This document shows positions 18,901 to 33,900 of a DNA stretch of 64,000 nucleotides, one piece after another. Position 1 is the first letter of the stretch, and the number at the start of each line of letters is the position of its first letter. Source of the stretch: a virus; IMG/VR virus record IMGVR_UViG_3300035532_000075, positions 8,547 through 72,546 of that record. One strand, given 5' to 3'. Below the pieces are notes generated by a model that saw only the letters and a program-made list of their open reading frames with translations, was not told the DNA's origin and searched no databases. Both the position numbers and the translations under genes were made by a program.

Positions 18901-21900
18901 TTTTCAAATTTTGCACCAAAATCTGCAAACCTTTCTTTAGCTCTGGCCGGGTCTCCAACTTTCTTAGAAGATATATATGTATTTTCGAACACATCACCAG
19001 GTAATTTATCTAATACTGCATTTATTTCAGCCATTTGTATTTTATTTTTACTAGCTCTATTAATACCGTGAGAAAGTTCATGGCCCAAAGTGTATAATAA
19101 ATCAGCTTTAATATCATCAGCCGCAACATTCAACGGTATATTATCTTTTTGGGCTTGGACAAAGTGCTTTTTAATTGCATTTTCATTTGAAATTTGCACA
19201 ACACCGGCTGGACCTTGCCTTGTAGGAATAACAGTATGCCGCCCACGATTATGCAATGGGTCCCCAACCTCAGTAGCCAGTCTTAGTGCATCATCTACAG
19301 GCATGTTTTGGGTAAACTCAGTACTACCAATAAATGATAAATGATCTTTTAATTCCGGATACCTTGTCATGTAAGAATCTATAGTTTTGCCCATATCTGA
19401 CAAAAACTGACGAGGTAAAATGTTTTCTCTAGAAAATCCAAAATCTAACCCATATTTTTCAGTATATGTCCTATTAAATTTATCTATGGCCAACATATCC
19501 TTGTTATAACTATCTTTACGCGTGGGATCTTTTTTCATAGGACTAAAACGATCATATAGACTAGGAAATTTTCTTTCAACTTTGGATTTTGATTTACTAA
19601 CTAAATCTTTTACAACCATTGCTGGATTATCTATTGCCCCAGACTCATTAGCTATTACAGATAACATGTCTCTAACTTTAGAAACCTTCCCATCACCAGA
19701 AACCACTTTGGCGGCCTTAATATAGGTGCCAACATCTGTTAATTTATTAAACTTAGACATAACACCAGTCCCACCAGCTAGAGAACCTATTACATCCGTA
19801 GTAACCCCTAAACCACCTTTACTTAAAGAATCTGTAATACTACTATATAAAGATGACCCTACACCACTAACAGTACCCATAATACCCTCAGTAGCAACTT
19901 TATTTAAAACTGAGTCCTTAATCTTACTAACACTCTTTAATGCACCACTTAAACCTTTGTTAGCTAAATAGTCCGAAGCGCCCTCTATACCTGAAAATAC
20001 ATCTAAAGGAACTTTAGTCAATCTACTAATCAACTCACCTGTAGCAAATGCCGCTTGTTTACCTACACCTTTTAAAGATAACCCTTCTTCTTTTACAGAA
20101 GATAATCTACCAGCTTCTAAATCATCTATTAAAGACTGCATTCCCCCACTAACATTACGAAAACCCCTGCCTTTGGTCATAGAATCAATAAAACCACCGT
20201 CAGCAAACGCAGGAATCAGTCCGCCATCGGCAGCCATTGCAGTAGGTAAAGTACCTTTTCTATTCATATGATCTAAATTAGCGTAGCCTATTTGTTGTGC
20301 TGTGTGGGCCCGTATTACAAACTCACCAGGACTTAAATAAGCAGCAACCTTATCTTCTCTAGGACCGCCTGGGCCTGAAACATGGCCGCCGATACTTGAT
20401 GGATGATCGCCAAAAGGTCCGCCAGTGCTAAATTTATTATCAGCACTTACCCCACTATTGTCCCCATTAGCTAAAGTTTCTAACATATTTCCCAAAGCGG
20501 CCAAACCTTTACTTATACCAGCAGCAGATGCCTTTAAACCACTACTTATAATATCAAAAGATGCATTTAAACCCTTACCTATACTCTCAAAAGATATCAA
20601 AGCCTCAGTCGGTTTTTCTGTAGGAAGTTCTCCGGTAAACAATGTATCAGGCGTACGAGCCATATTAATAGCATAACTTTTTTCAAGGTCTGTTTTTAGA
20701 TTGACTGAACCAGTCGTACCATCTTTATCCTCGTATGTATAGTTATTCTTTAAACTATAATCGATACGCTCTGGTAATCCCATCAAGGCTCTATATTTGT
20801 CACTATCAACCCCACTAAAATCGCTTTTACCTGTATAAAATTGCCAATCGTCAGTATACTTACTTGGCTTTTCTTTTCTATCTAAACCTAATAACTCCCT
20901 ATACTTCTCACTATCATCAGCTTTTGCATAAAACTGCCAATCTTTATAGTCTGTTTTTTTAGACCCTTCTCTACCACTCATAGCTTCCTCAAGAGCTGCA
21001 GTTGCTTCAGGAGCTATCTTAGCGGCTATAACTTTAACATAATTTAATATACCTTTAAGAGGCTCATTAACATAAGTCATCAAATTCTGCTGTTCTTCAT
21101 TAACAGCAAATTTAGAATATTTAGACATAAGTTCATCATATGCCGCTTTTATTTCTACAGGGTTTGCGCCCCTATACATCGTATCATCTGGTTTTATTGT
21201 AGATATAATTTTATCTATAGCTAACGCTTCTTTAGAACCTTCAACATACCCCTGAGTTGCTTTAAATTTCTCTAATTCCGCAATACGATCAGCACCAGAT
21301 ATTTTTTCACTGTAAGCCTTAGATAAGTTATCTTTAATAACACTATTAAGTCTGTCAATGTCAGTAAACTGTTCTGTACTAAGTACATCAGGTTTAGTAA
21401 AACGTAATTTTTCTAAATTCTCATATAATGTTGCTGCGGGCTGTATTGAGGCGGCGGCCAATTCATTTTGTTTTTTCTGTTCATAAGTAATCACATCACG
21501 CTTACGTTGAGTATCCAAATCATCTAACTGAGTCTGGACGCTCTCCATCTCTTCATAATTACCTGATTCCTGAGCCTTAATATAGGCATCTTCCAATTTG
21601 ACTCTTTGTAAATCATACTGACTAGACACACCGCTTGTTAAAGACATACCAAGCGAGTCAGCCAATCTCTGATCTTCTACAGATATAGCTATTGCGGCTT
21701 CTGGATGACTACCTCCTAAAAGCTTGTCTCGTTGATCATAATAAGCCTTTAAACCAGCTTCACTCTGTATAAATATATTAGCTGTAGCATTAGCTAAAGA
21801 ATCTTGAAATCCTTTAAAAGCTGTTTGAAATTCAGTCATCGCTTTAAGTGCTCGCTGAACATTCTTCATACTCTTTGACAATTTATCAGCTTCTGTAGTT

Positions 21901-24900
21901 GTATCTTTTAAAACCTTCCTACGTGTTTCTAAAATCTTTTTATTATCAGACAATGTTTGTGCAGTAGCCTCTAACTCACCATCAGTAGCCTCACCAGAAT
22001 TTTTTAACATATTAAATTTTTCTTCTAAAGATTTAATAGTTTCTTCAGAACTATAAACCTCACTTTCAAAATTGGATAACGCAGTAACATATTTATCCAT
22101 TAATTTTGAACCTTTTTGGTAATCAGTTATTAATTCTTTAAAAGCACCGCTTCCACCGGCATATAGTTGCTGCTGTGGTGAAAGTTCAGAGTAACTTTGT
22201 GCTGTCTTAATATCACCAATATAGCCCTTTAAAACATCACCAAAAGTGGATGGGCCTTGGTATTTAGCAGAAATTTCCATAGAAGTTATACTATCATGCA
22301 AAGACCTATTAAACGTCTCTAAAGTAGTAATTAATGTAGTAAATCTCTTTTTAAGAGCTGTGGCACTAGCAAGTACTGCCAATAATTGACTGGACTTAGA
22401 ATAATCGTCACCAACCGCTGCTAATTGATCATGTAATTCAGCCAAAACAGCATTAATTGAATCTTCAACATTAAAAGCAGTCGAAGGCCCTTTAATAGGT
22501 TCGCCTCTTTCTACTGGTAAAGTATCCACATCTCTACCACTAACTATAGAACTAATTATGTCATTTGCAAATTTTGGAGAAACACTGTATATTTTATCAA
22601 AGAAAATCTTAGTTTGTTCTTCAGCAGTATTTTCCATACCAGCTATTTTAGCATCACTGGCAGCATCAGAAAAGGCAGCTCTTACAAGACCCATGGCTGT
22701 TTCTAGTTTAACTAAATCCAGTACAAACTGCTTTCCAGCATCACTCTGTACAGCAAATTCTTCTTCTATAGCAGCCCTCTTTTCTTGCGCTTTTTTATTA
22801 GAGCTATATATTTTTTTAGCATTTTCAACCTCTACGGCAACATCAGCATCAGTTTTACCTGTTTCCCTACCTTGAATTTCACTATATTTTTTAAGACCTA
22901 TAAAATATTCTTTAGCTGCTTCATTAATACGGTCTTTAACCTTTGAACCATGCTTCTTTAATGCTTCTTCTACAGCTTTGGGATCTTTATTTTTCACAAC
23001 TGTGCCAATCTTTTCACCTAAACCTTTAAGAAATTTATCAAAGTCTTTAGCAAATTCAGGAACTTTCTTTAAGTTTTCCATACCCATTGATTTAAATAAA
23101 GTATGCGTTGCAACAGCGCCCATCATCAATTTAGCAGTAGCAGCGTCACTATTACCCATTGCAGCTTTGGAGCCTGCATAAGTTAAAAACCCAGTGGTAG
23201 ATAATTGCTGCAAAGTTGTACCTATCATAGCTGAAGCCTCTAAACCCTCTTTAGCTCTTTTCAACGCTTCCAACTCTGTAAGAAGTTTAGGATCTGGCTT
23301 CTCTCCCTGAGTAGCTATCTCTTTTTGCACATTACCCATTCTTTTATTAAGTTCTGTAATTTGTTCATTTTTTCTTGCAGCAGAACTACCAGCAAAAATA
23401 CTTAAACCTAAAGCCCCAAAACCCAAAGTATCTGTATTAAAAAATGACGGTTCTTTTTTAGCAGTAGCTTCTCTATACGCACCAGCACCCTTTTTAATAG
23501 ACTTTTGTTGTTTTTTAGTTAAATCTTTATTGGCAACAGCGGCTCTGTCCATATAATCTACAATATCAGAAGCGGAATAACCACTCTCACTTATAGCACT
23601 ATTAAGAATTTTATATTGGGCATCTTTAGATATTGGTGTTAAACTTCTTACTACGTCTCCCACTGAGGTACGTAAAATTAATTCTTTAGTTAATTTACCA
23701 ATGTCTTTTTCCATAAGTGCGGCTTCTTCACTACGACCCTCCGCAGCAGTAGCGCTTTGGATACGCTGCAAATCGGCTATACGCATGGCACCGGCAACAC
23801 TTTTATTACTATACCAAGTACCTTTTTCTGCTTTAGCAACGTCAATCTGAGCTTTTTCAACTTTGGATGACCAACGATCTTCTGGTGATTTGAGTAAATC
23901 GGCTACTTCATAAATACCAGTTTTAATTGCTATAAGTTCAGTATTTGATTGATTAAGTAAATCAGAAGAGGCATCAACTGCACTGACAATTTCAGCAGAC
24001 CCAAGGTCTCCACCAGTATATCTTATTGTTTCCGCATATTTATCAAACTCAGCTTGGGTGGTAAATCTGCTACTAAACCCTAAACTAGTTTCATTTATGC
24101 GTTGTACATCAAGCATGGTAGACGTTATGGCGTCCATTTGAGAAGTATAAGCATCTTGTCTCTTTTTCTCTATATTGAATGCTTTTACAAGTTCCTGAGA
24201 ACCACGATTATCATACAACATACGCTGACTTGCTGATAAATCTTTTAATTCAAAAGTACCAACATCAAAATTTTCTAATCCTTCAGGAATACCTGCCATA
24301 AGTCCTGATAAATTCTTCTGAACCTCATAACGCCGCTTTTCTAAAGCTATATTTTTAACCAAAGCAGCATCACTATCTTCTATTGTTTTAGATAAATCCT
24401 CTAAGGCTGATCTAAACTGCATCACTACTGAATTGTTCTTAAGAACATCTTGTAATTCTTTTAACTGTTCTCCAAAACCTCCAGTAAGTTTTGTATCCGC
24501 AGGCTTATCGCTTGCCCTATACGAAGCCAAAGTAGTTTCCCACTGTTCCATTTTTTCAGCATAATTATTAATAAATTCATCAGTATAATTGGCTTTATAT
24601 GCAGGAGTAGTATAAGATCTGGTTTTTACATCATAACCCTTATTGGTCTGTAATAAGACTTCTGTAGCTATATCACTATAAAATTTAGGACCTAAAGACA
24701 CGCTTCTCTTTGTTAAGCTCTTTTTATCAAGGGCGGACATGCCAGCCGAAGCCCCTGTAACCATCTCACTTAAACTAGCAAAATCACCAGTTAATTTATT
24801 AGAAACCTCTGATAATGAAACTGCTGCTTGAACCATACCATCTAAAGCTTTAATACCAGGAATAAACTTTTTCCTATATTTACCTTCAGCATCTGCAAAA

Positions 24901-27900
24901 GACAGAAAATATTTAGTTAAAACTTTACCACTTTCTTCATAACGCTCGCTGCCTAATATAGCCTGTCTCCCACTCACGCCACCTAGATCTTTTGAGGCGG
25001 TCTCGCTTAATTTCAAAATATCACCGACTTTAACAGGCATTGTCTCACCACTACCTATTCGAGGCATTAGGCCTGTATTTCTAAACCTCTCCATAGTAAG
25101 ATCAGCTGTAGGTGCCAAATAATTTTTGTAGTTTGGATTGGCTGCAGATAATACATACTGGCCCCTAACATCCCCACCTGTAACACCAGCACGTTTATAC
25201 ATGGTTGAAGACATTGATAATAATTCATATAAGTCATCGTAAATTGCTTTATTAAAAGTAGCATTTATTTCCAAAGGGCTCATGTCACTTGTATCAATAC
25301 TATCAATAATATTTTTGGCCTGTTTAGCGTCTATTTTTATAGCAGCTCGCAACTCTATCTGCCTTTCTTGTAATTCTTTAATAGCATCATCAAACGCGTT
25401 GGATAATGGGTTGGCATTTTTAGCAGTCAACATTTTATGTAATGATTTTTGTAATTCGTACATAGCCTTCTTAGGACCAACACTGATAGCATCACCAAGT
25501 TTCTCACCTATAAGTGGAAAGTTTTTAACTATCTCTTTTATATGATATTTCCATGATTGAATCCCATCAGTCTGAGTAGCCTCATTAGCAAAACGTGCAG
25601 CTATATCCATTTTCTTACCAGCCACCTCGAATTGTTTTTTGCCACTACTACGACGCAGCATAGCTGCCAAATTGTCTTCCATACCGCCTTTTAAAACAGC
25701 ATCACCTTGCAATGTATAACCAACTACAAAGTTAATATCACTAGTAGCCACTTTATTTTTAAAATCAGTATATTGATCTTCTAATTTAGCAAGCTGAGTA
25801 GCTATACCTTTAGTATTACCAAAACTATCTTCTGTAACCAACGCACCTTCAACTGCTTTAGCTGTCAATTTCTTTTTTGCTTTATCCATACGCTCATATT
25901 CCGAAATGAGCGCTCTAACTGTACTTTGTTCTTTTTCTGTAGCACCTATCTCATCATTTAGACTATTTTTATATTCCTCAGCTGACTCTGATAAGCGTTT
26001 ATATATTTTGATAAGTTGCGGAAGCGCTAATCCACCAGCAGCAGCTACACCAAGCATAGGGCCTACTGATTGTACAATACCAGCAGAGGGGCCGGTAGCA
26101 TTCTTTTTAATATAATCAGCAACATCTATACCATATTTACCTAAACCAGAAGTTTTTTCACCTACAAACTCAAGGGGTTTAGAAGCTACTTTAGTACCAA
26201 TCTTTACCATACCTGCCAATTCAGGCTGTCCGATAAGATTGGCCCCCATACCAAGATAGGTTCCTATGTAATTTATACCCTCGCCTAGTGACTTCACTAA
26301 GCTTCCTACAGCATTCGCAGCTTTGCCTGTATCTTTAGACACTAAACTTAAAAAACTATTAAAATCCCTACCAGTTGACAAAGCCAAATAACCCAATTTA
26401 CTAAACGGACCTTCTAATTCAGAAAGGGTTGCTCCCTGCTTTATAGTTTTTAAACCCATAATATTAGAATTCTTTGTAGAATCACCTATTCCAAAAAGCT
26501 CATAAGCACTCATATCAAGGCCCTTTTTAAATTCTGTCTTTAAATCTCTAAAAACAGCTTTACCTTTATTTAAATGATCAAAGAAACTATCAGTCATGGA
26601 ACTGCCTTTAATCATATAAGCGAAAAATGCTGTAAATGCGGCCCCAGCTAATTTAATTTCAGTAGGAATATTATTAAATAATTCAATAAGAGTTTTTAAA
26701 CTAGTAACGCCAACTTTAAACCCAGGTAATACTATTTTACCAAATTCAATTTTCAACTCACCAGCTGCTGCTTTTAACTGCTCAACTTGTTTAGCATAGG
26801 TCTTCATTAGAATAGCATTACGACGTTCAGCTGATCCTTTTGAATTAATACTATTAGTTACACTCCTCAACGTTTCATCCCAATTATCCATAAGTGTAAG
26901 AACAGCGTTATACTGCCTGGTCCCACCAAGTGCCTGTGCTACATTCAATTTTTGAGCTCTAGTTAATTCGTCCCATTGTTCAGATAAATCTGATAATACA
27001 TCAAAACCAGATCGTAGTTGACCTGTATTAATATCTTGTGTAGATATACCAAACTGACCTAATGTTTTTGGTCCTTTTTCGGTGGAAAGTCTATTGAATA
27101 TAAATCTTAAAGATGTACCCACCTCTTTACCAGTCTGACGTGTGGTAGACCCTATAGCAGCGACCATACCATTCAATTGATCAAATGTGAAACCAGCATT
27201 CTTACCAGCAGAAGCTGCTTTTTTAATAGCATCTGCCAGGTCGCCCGCCTTAATAGCTGCCTTAGATTCAACCTCACTCCATGAATCCAAGAAACGCATA
27301 GAACCCTCACCCTCAGTATTAAATACCCTCATAGCAGCTGTTAATGCTTCAGTGGCATCTGTAGAACTTAAGTCAGTAATATTTTCGGCCACAGTAGCTG
27401 TTTTGGTTCTATCAAGAACTTCTTGCTGACTCAAACCTTGTTGTGCAAAAACACGCATACTATCTAATACATGCTCAATACTAATACCATACTGCTTAGC
27501 AAAGGATATTGCCGACTGCTCTAACGCACTAAAACTGGTACTTAATGGGTTCATAACCATCTGAAGTTTAGCCATAGCTACTTCTATGTCAGATATATAA
27601 CTTATCGACTCTTTCAAATAGTTCATGCCACCATAAACTAACGTAGCAGCAGCTCCCCATTTAATTACTCTTTCAATAGCTATAGAAAAAGTCCTATTAC
27701 CTTCAGCGACCGTTTTAGTTATATTTTTATATTTTCTATCAAATTCGCCTAACCATTTACCTTGATCTTTATCAAAATAATCGAAGCTTTTAATAAAATC
27801 AAAACGCTCGTGCTGCATCATTTTATTATTAGGGCCGAAAGCTTTTTTATCGTAAGTATATACATCTCCACGTAAAGGTCCCCCTTCTGCAGAAGGAGTA

Positions 27901-30900
27901 GCAAAATAATCTTCTAATTTAGCCACATTTCTATTAGCTATAGCTTCTTGCCACTTTCTAGGTAATTGTTTAGGGGGCTCTATAATAGTAGGTACTATAT
28001 TCTCACCACTGGCATTTACAAAAGATTCATTTTCCAAATCAAGATTTATATAGGTTTTTTCTAAACCTTTTAGTTGCTTTAAAACTTCATCTAAATGCGC
28101 CTTCTGTTCAGAAGAATACTGATCTTTTGTAGCCATACCTATGACTTCTTCAAGACCCTCACGTAATCTGGAGATGCCCTGCTTTAAATTTTTAAAATCC
28201 ATAGAATCAAACAAAGTAGTACCATATCTACTAACAGCAGTCTCGTCTGTATACATATCAATAAGATCTTTATCCAGACCTATAAGTTCCTTTAAAACCA
28301 TGCCTACAGTGTCTCTTGGTACAGGAGTACTTTTGTCATGAATATCTAAATCAAGTATTTTTTCAAGTAACCCTCTTAAAGTGTCATCTTCACCTAAAAC
28401 ACCAGCACCTTTACTAGCTAATTGGGTGGCATTCATATAAACACCGGCGTCTTTAGCTGATTGAGGATCTACATAACTACGGTTTATAGTATAAATATCA
28501 GTAGCTTTACCTAAATCACTTTTAACCTGTCTCTGAAAACTACTAACAACATCTTTATAATTAGAAAAAGCTTTGGCCTCTGCGGCAGAACCTTGTTCTT
28601 GTTTACCTATATTAGCTAAAGCGTCTTCCATAGCTTGAACATAGTAATCACCTACTGCTACTCTATAAGCTTTCCAAGCTTTTGTAAAGTCAGCATCACT
28701 GAAAGTATCATCTTCTTCTTTTAATTTATTTAGAAGATTATAAAATTTAGTACCCCTAGGACCTGATTGTAAAACCTTCTCTAACTCCTCTTTAATCTTA
28801 GGACTAAACTTGTCCATACCGGTTTGGCTTAGAGATACACCAAAACGCTCACTTTGAATATCACTGGCTTTGGAATGTAAAGTAGATAGAGCTTGATGTG
28901 TAAATTTAGCCTGTGCCCCATATACCGGTTTAGGTGGTTTTTCTAAATCATTTAAATAGGCTGCTTGCTGCTCCATAGCTTGACGAGCCTTTGCTATATT
29001 TTTATAAGCTTCATCCCCTAAATCAACACCCGTACTAGGCAATCCTTCATACATGGATGGTTTCTTAGTTGCGTATTTATAGTATTCTTTAGCCCTATCT
29101 AATAACTCATTCACTTCTTCTTCAGTTACTTGATTTTCTGGCTTTTTTAAATCTTCAGCAATCTGTTTAGCTTTTTCAAAAGAGGCTGTTTTAGCATACG
29201 GCTTTGGGGATTCTGCACTTTCTATCCTACGACGGGCCTCTACTATAGATTCCATATCTCTGTTAAGCCGTTCTTCATCATATTTAAATTTTATAACAAT
29301 AGGATCTTTATATTCATCAGCAGTATTACTATAGAAATGAGCAAAAGCATCAGCTGATTCAGATTCCAGTGCCTTTAAATACAAGTTTAACTGAGAGGCC
29401 ACACCACCCATCTTATCAAATCTAATTTGATCTGATATTTTGGCAGGATGTGTAGTTAATTTTTCCTGAAAAGCTTCAAAAGTAACTTCCCCCTTCTCAG
29501 CTTTTAATTGGTCTGCTATCTCTTTAAATATTTTATAGTTTCTATCACTAATTGTTTTTATATCAATAACTTCAGATACTTTACCAGACTCATCCTTTCT
29601 AAGCACGTCAATAGTACCTGACACCTCACCAGCTACAGGGCTTTGATATCTAACTGGCTGCTCTATTATAGTACCAGGCTTTTCTTTTCTATAAACATCC
29701 TCTAATTTAGAATGAATAGCTGTACCAAGGAATGAGGAAGAACTCAAAATATCACTAGATTTTTCTTCCCCCAACATAGTCTTCATAATAGCCTTTACCT
29801 GTTCTTCAGGAGCTAATCCACCTTTTAATGCACTTGCACGATACTTTTTGCCAAAATCAGAATCTTTTTGTACATTAAGACTGCCCGTTATCTTTTTGGT
29901 AAGCTCTTCCATACGAGCTATGTCTTTATCAAGTCTGGTACGTACTTCTTCATAAGAAGGAGGTATACCTGCAGCTGCTGGACCTATGTTGGAAGGTTTT
30001 ACTCTACTACTATCACCTAAAAATAGACCTATACCTGATTTTATACTCTCAATATGAACTGGTACAATACCACCACTAACCGAAGGAGTAAGTCCACCTG
30101 GAGGTGTGATTAAAGGCGGAAGCATTCCTCCTCCCCCACCAGTGCCTAAGTCTGACATACCTGCGTCATATCCAAAAGATTGGGCTTTTATAGTAGCACT
30201 AATACCCTTATCCAAAGATGCACGATTTGCATTTAACTGCTGCTCCCTACGCTTATATTCTTCTTCTACAGTAGCAATACTATCAGAACCAGGAACAAAA
30301 TCCGCCATAAATAAACTATCAGCACTTTTAGTTTCAGCTGTTCTAATAACCTTGTTTAATTGAGCAACAGCAAGTACCTGATCCATAATAGCTTTAGTTT
30401 CATTTTCTGTAACTGATCGTAACTTTTCATCTGACCATGGTTTGGTAGATCTATCTTGTTTTACGCGAGCACGTTCCCCACCCAACTCTGAAGCTTTAGT
30501 ACCGTATTTAAATTTCAAATCATCTTCTTCAGCTTTACTTAACGGAGCAGTACCAGTGGCCCTAGATATACGTTCTAATTCATTTTTAATATCCAACCCA
30601 GATCCAGTGCCTAAAACATTTTTTGCTAAATAACCTAAAGGCTCTTTTCCTAATAATCTGTCCATTATATCTACGTCTACAATATCTTTACCGGCCACAG
30701 TAGATTCTTTTTTATATGTACTAAGTATATTATGAATTAACTTTTGATCAGCCCTCATATTGTCTATGGTGCTCAAAAGCATCTTATCATAACTACCAGC
30801 ACCTCTAGTAGATTCAATTTTACTAAAATCACCAAAAGCATCTGCCATATTTTGAGCCACAGCCTCAGCGCGTCTATATTTATTAGCGTAACGGCCACGT

Positions 30901-33900
30901 TCAGTGAACTGACCTTTTTCTTTATTCCACTCTTCGGCATCACCAAACACAGTAGCAAGCTCTTCATGTTGTAGTTTAACATGTTTAGTACCAAACTTTT
31001 TTAACTGATCCGCTGACGTTGCGCCAGAAGTTCTAAAACCATACAATGGAGTAAGATTTTCTTCCGCAGTGGTACGTAATTGTATACCGCCTTCTTCTAA
31101 TTGGGTTTTTAATATAGCATTAGCATATTGTGTTGGCTTCCTACCTTTAAGTTTTTTAGCCTTATAGTCATCATCCCAGGAAGCTATTTGCCTAAGTAAA
31201 CCCTCTCTAGCAGCATCTTCAATCTGTTGAGATAATTCGCGCAAGAATCCCTCAAAACCTACATGCTGTATTATATACTTTTCCAATGTTTCTCTAACAT
31301 TAGCGCTATCTTTAAGTGCGTAACTAAGCTGGGCCCCAGCCTTTTCAGGTTCTGGCTGCTTAGCAGCTATCTTAAAAGCATCCTCACGTAGATTAGCAGT
31401 ACTTACCGTACCAAAATTTCTTTCTAAAGCCTTTTTATTTGCGTCATAAAACTCATTAAGAGCTTTATAGGAACCTTCCTCATTAGTAATTTTAGAAATA
31501 AGCTTATCAACGCCTTCTGGACCTTTAGATAGTAACTGAGCCATCTCAGTAGCGATAGGTATCTCGCCTGCATGTTTTACATCCAAACCTTTCTGAATAC
31601 CAACACGAATAAACTCATTCATCATGGTAGAAAACTCTTCTTCTATAGGGCCTGCTAATGACTTTAATTGTTCTGGAAAACGAGAAGCAAACTTCTCACT
31701 CCGTGCATATTCACCAGTACCATGAATGATGCCCCCACCAAAACCTACATTACGTTCAAATACTTTTAAAATCCTATTAAGGGACTCAGTATCACGGCCA
31801 GTATTGATTTTGAACAACTGCGCATTTATAGCATTAAGATATTTAGTATCATATAACTGCTCTTTCATGCCCCCTGCCACAGGTTTCATTACTTCAGGCC
31901 CCATCTCAACTAATTTGGCTATAAGAGCGTTAGTATATTCATTAGTATCAGTCTTACCCTCAATATCTTTAGGCTCAACTACTTTATTCAATTCAGCAGC
32001 TATCTCATTAATTTTGGACTGTTCTTTGAAAACCTCCGGTAAAACTTCTTTTAAAGCATTAAGTGGGCCCTGAGCTTTTCCAGAATAGCCTGGTTGATTT
32101 GCTAAAATACCTAATTGCTCATTTGGAGACAAATAATCCAGTTCTTTTGTTAAGAAAGGTCTTTCTAGAAAAGAAAATCCTTCAGTTGTAGGAAACTTCT
32201 TTTCAAAAGCTAATTGCTGCTCTGCTAAAATGTATTTACCAGTAGATGGCTCTAACGCATCAAAAGTAAATTGATCCATGAAAGTTTTTGCAGTAGTACG
32301 TTTGTCTTCAGAAGAAAAATCAGCAACAGTTTTAAAATGCTTTTCTATCTCTTTACGAGCTGCCATTGTTTTAGCAGCATGTACTTGTATTTGATCACCA
32401 TCAAAATCCAGTTTCTGCTGTTGTGCTATATATTTAGGAATAACATCAGAAATAGCCTGATCTAAAGTATTAATTGTCTCAGTTAACTTGGCTATACGTT
32501 CCTGATTTGGATCAGCTTCTCCCTGCTCAACTTCCCTAGCCTCTACAAGTTTGTCAGCCACACCTTCTACAGAAGCTAAAATCTTCTTAAAAGCTGCCAC
32601 ATCCATTTCAGGTAAACCTGGAGCCATTAAGGCATGCTTGGCTTTAGCCCCCATTTCCCCTGTAAGTAATTTTGCTTTATATGGCTGCACAGAAGAAGTA
32701 CCAGTAAATGGGAAACGTACACTTTCTATATAAGGAGTAACTTCTTTATCAAGAATGTGCTGAATGGCTTCCTGATCTGCGGGGCTGCCCTTAAGCTGCC
32801 CTCTATTACTTTCCAACATTTTTCTATATTTTAAAAGTTCAGATAAATTACGACCTTTTTCATAAGGTTTATCTTCTGTTGGATATACTCTTTCCAGTTT
32901 GCCAGAATCTGTCATTCTAAATTTTTTATCAAATACAGCTGGAATCTTTTTTGCATATTCCTCTGGTATACCTAACTCATGTTGGCCCAACACAGGCAAA
33001 CCTTTAGCAATATGTTTTTCTACAGCGGCCACATGCTTTTTAGTTACCTTTGTTGACATCTCTTTAGACACATTTGATAATTCTGATAAAGCAGTAGCCA
33101 GATCCGAATCTCCTGCCATTTCTACTTTACTCAAATCTTCTAAAACTTTTTCAAATTTGCGAAATTCATCAGTCTTATCTACAACAGCATTGACTGCTTT
33201 AGCCATAACAGATGGAATTTTTCTACTAAAAATTACCTCTTGTACAGAGCCAGTTTTACCTAAAGCTGTGTCTGCTAATGTATTATAATATTCAATTTTA
33301 GCTTTTTCTAAAGATTTTAACGCCCTTTGAAGTTGCTCGGTCCTATCCTCAGCTGTAGGAGGTTTAAACTGCAACGCTGTAGCTAAATTTTGTACACCAG
33401 TCAATCTTTGTTCTGGGGCTTCTCTTGTTGCTATTTTTCCCAACACTGACGCACTTTTATCATAAGCACCAGGTCTTAACTGACGCCCTTTAACATTTGG
33501 ACTGGTTGGATCTTCATAAGGCCCTATAATATTATCCACAGCCTGCTCTATAGTTTCAACTAAAGCAGATGCAATAGGCTTACCTTTTCCAAGTTGTCTT
33601 TGGAAAAATTCATTCATATACATCTCAATTGATTTTTCCTTAGTCTCACCAGTAGAAGGATCATTATAATACTGTGAGTAACTTGGATACAACATTTTAG
33701 GATCAACTGCAGTTTTTAATGCAGGGCTTAGCCTATTCAGCATATTTTTTAGTTCTATTACAGCCGGATCGTCCTCACCACCAGATACAGCATTACTTGC
33801 TATAGTACGTGCTTTTTTTCTAAAATCACCGAGATTCTTTTTTAAACGCCCAGTACTTAAATCTTCAAGTTGCCCTTCAGATAATTTGCCAGATTTTAAA

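Noticed and set aside
29230-29760. Cas4-like domain as part of a CRISPR adaptation system
   Set aside because: No cas1, cas2 or array in the window and no Fe-S cysteines. It is a domain of the TMP.
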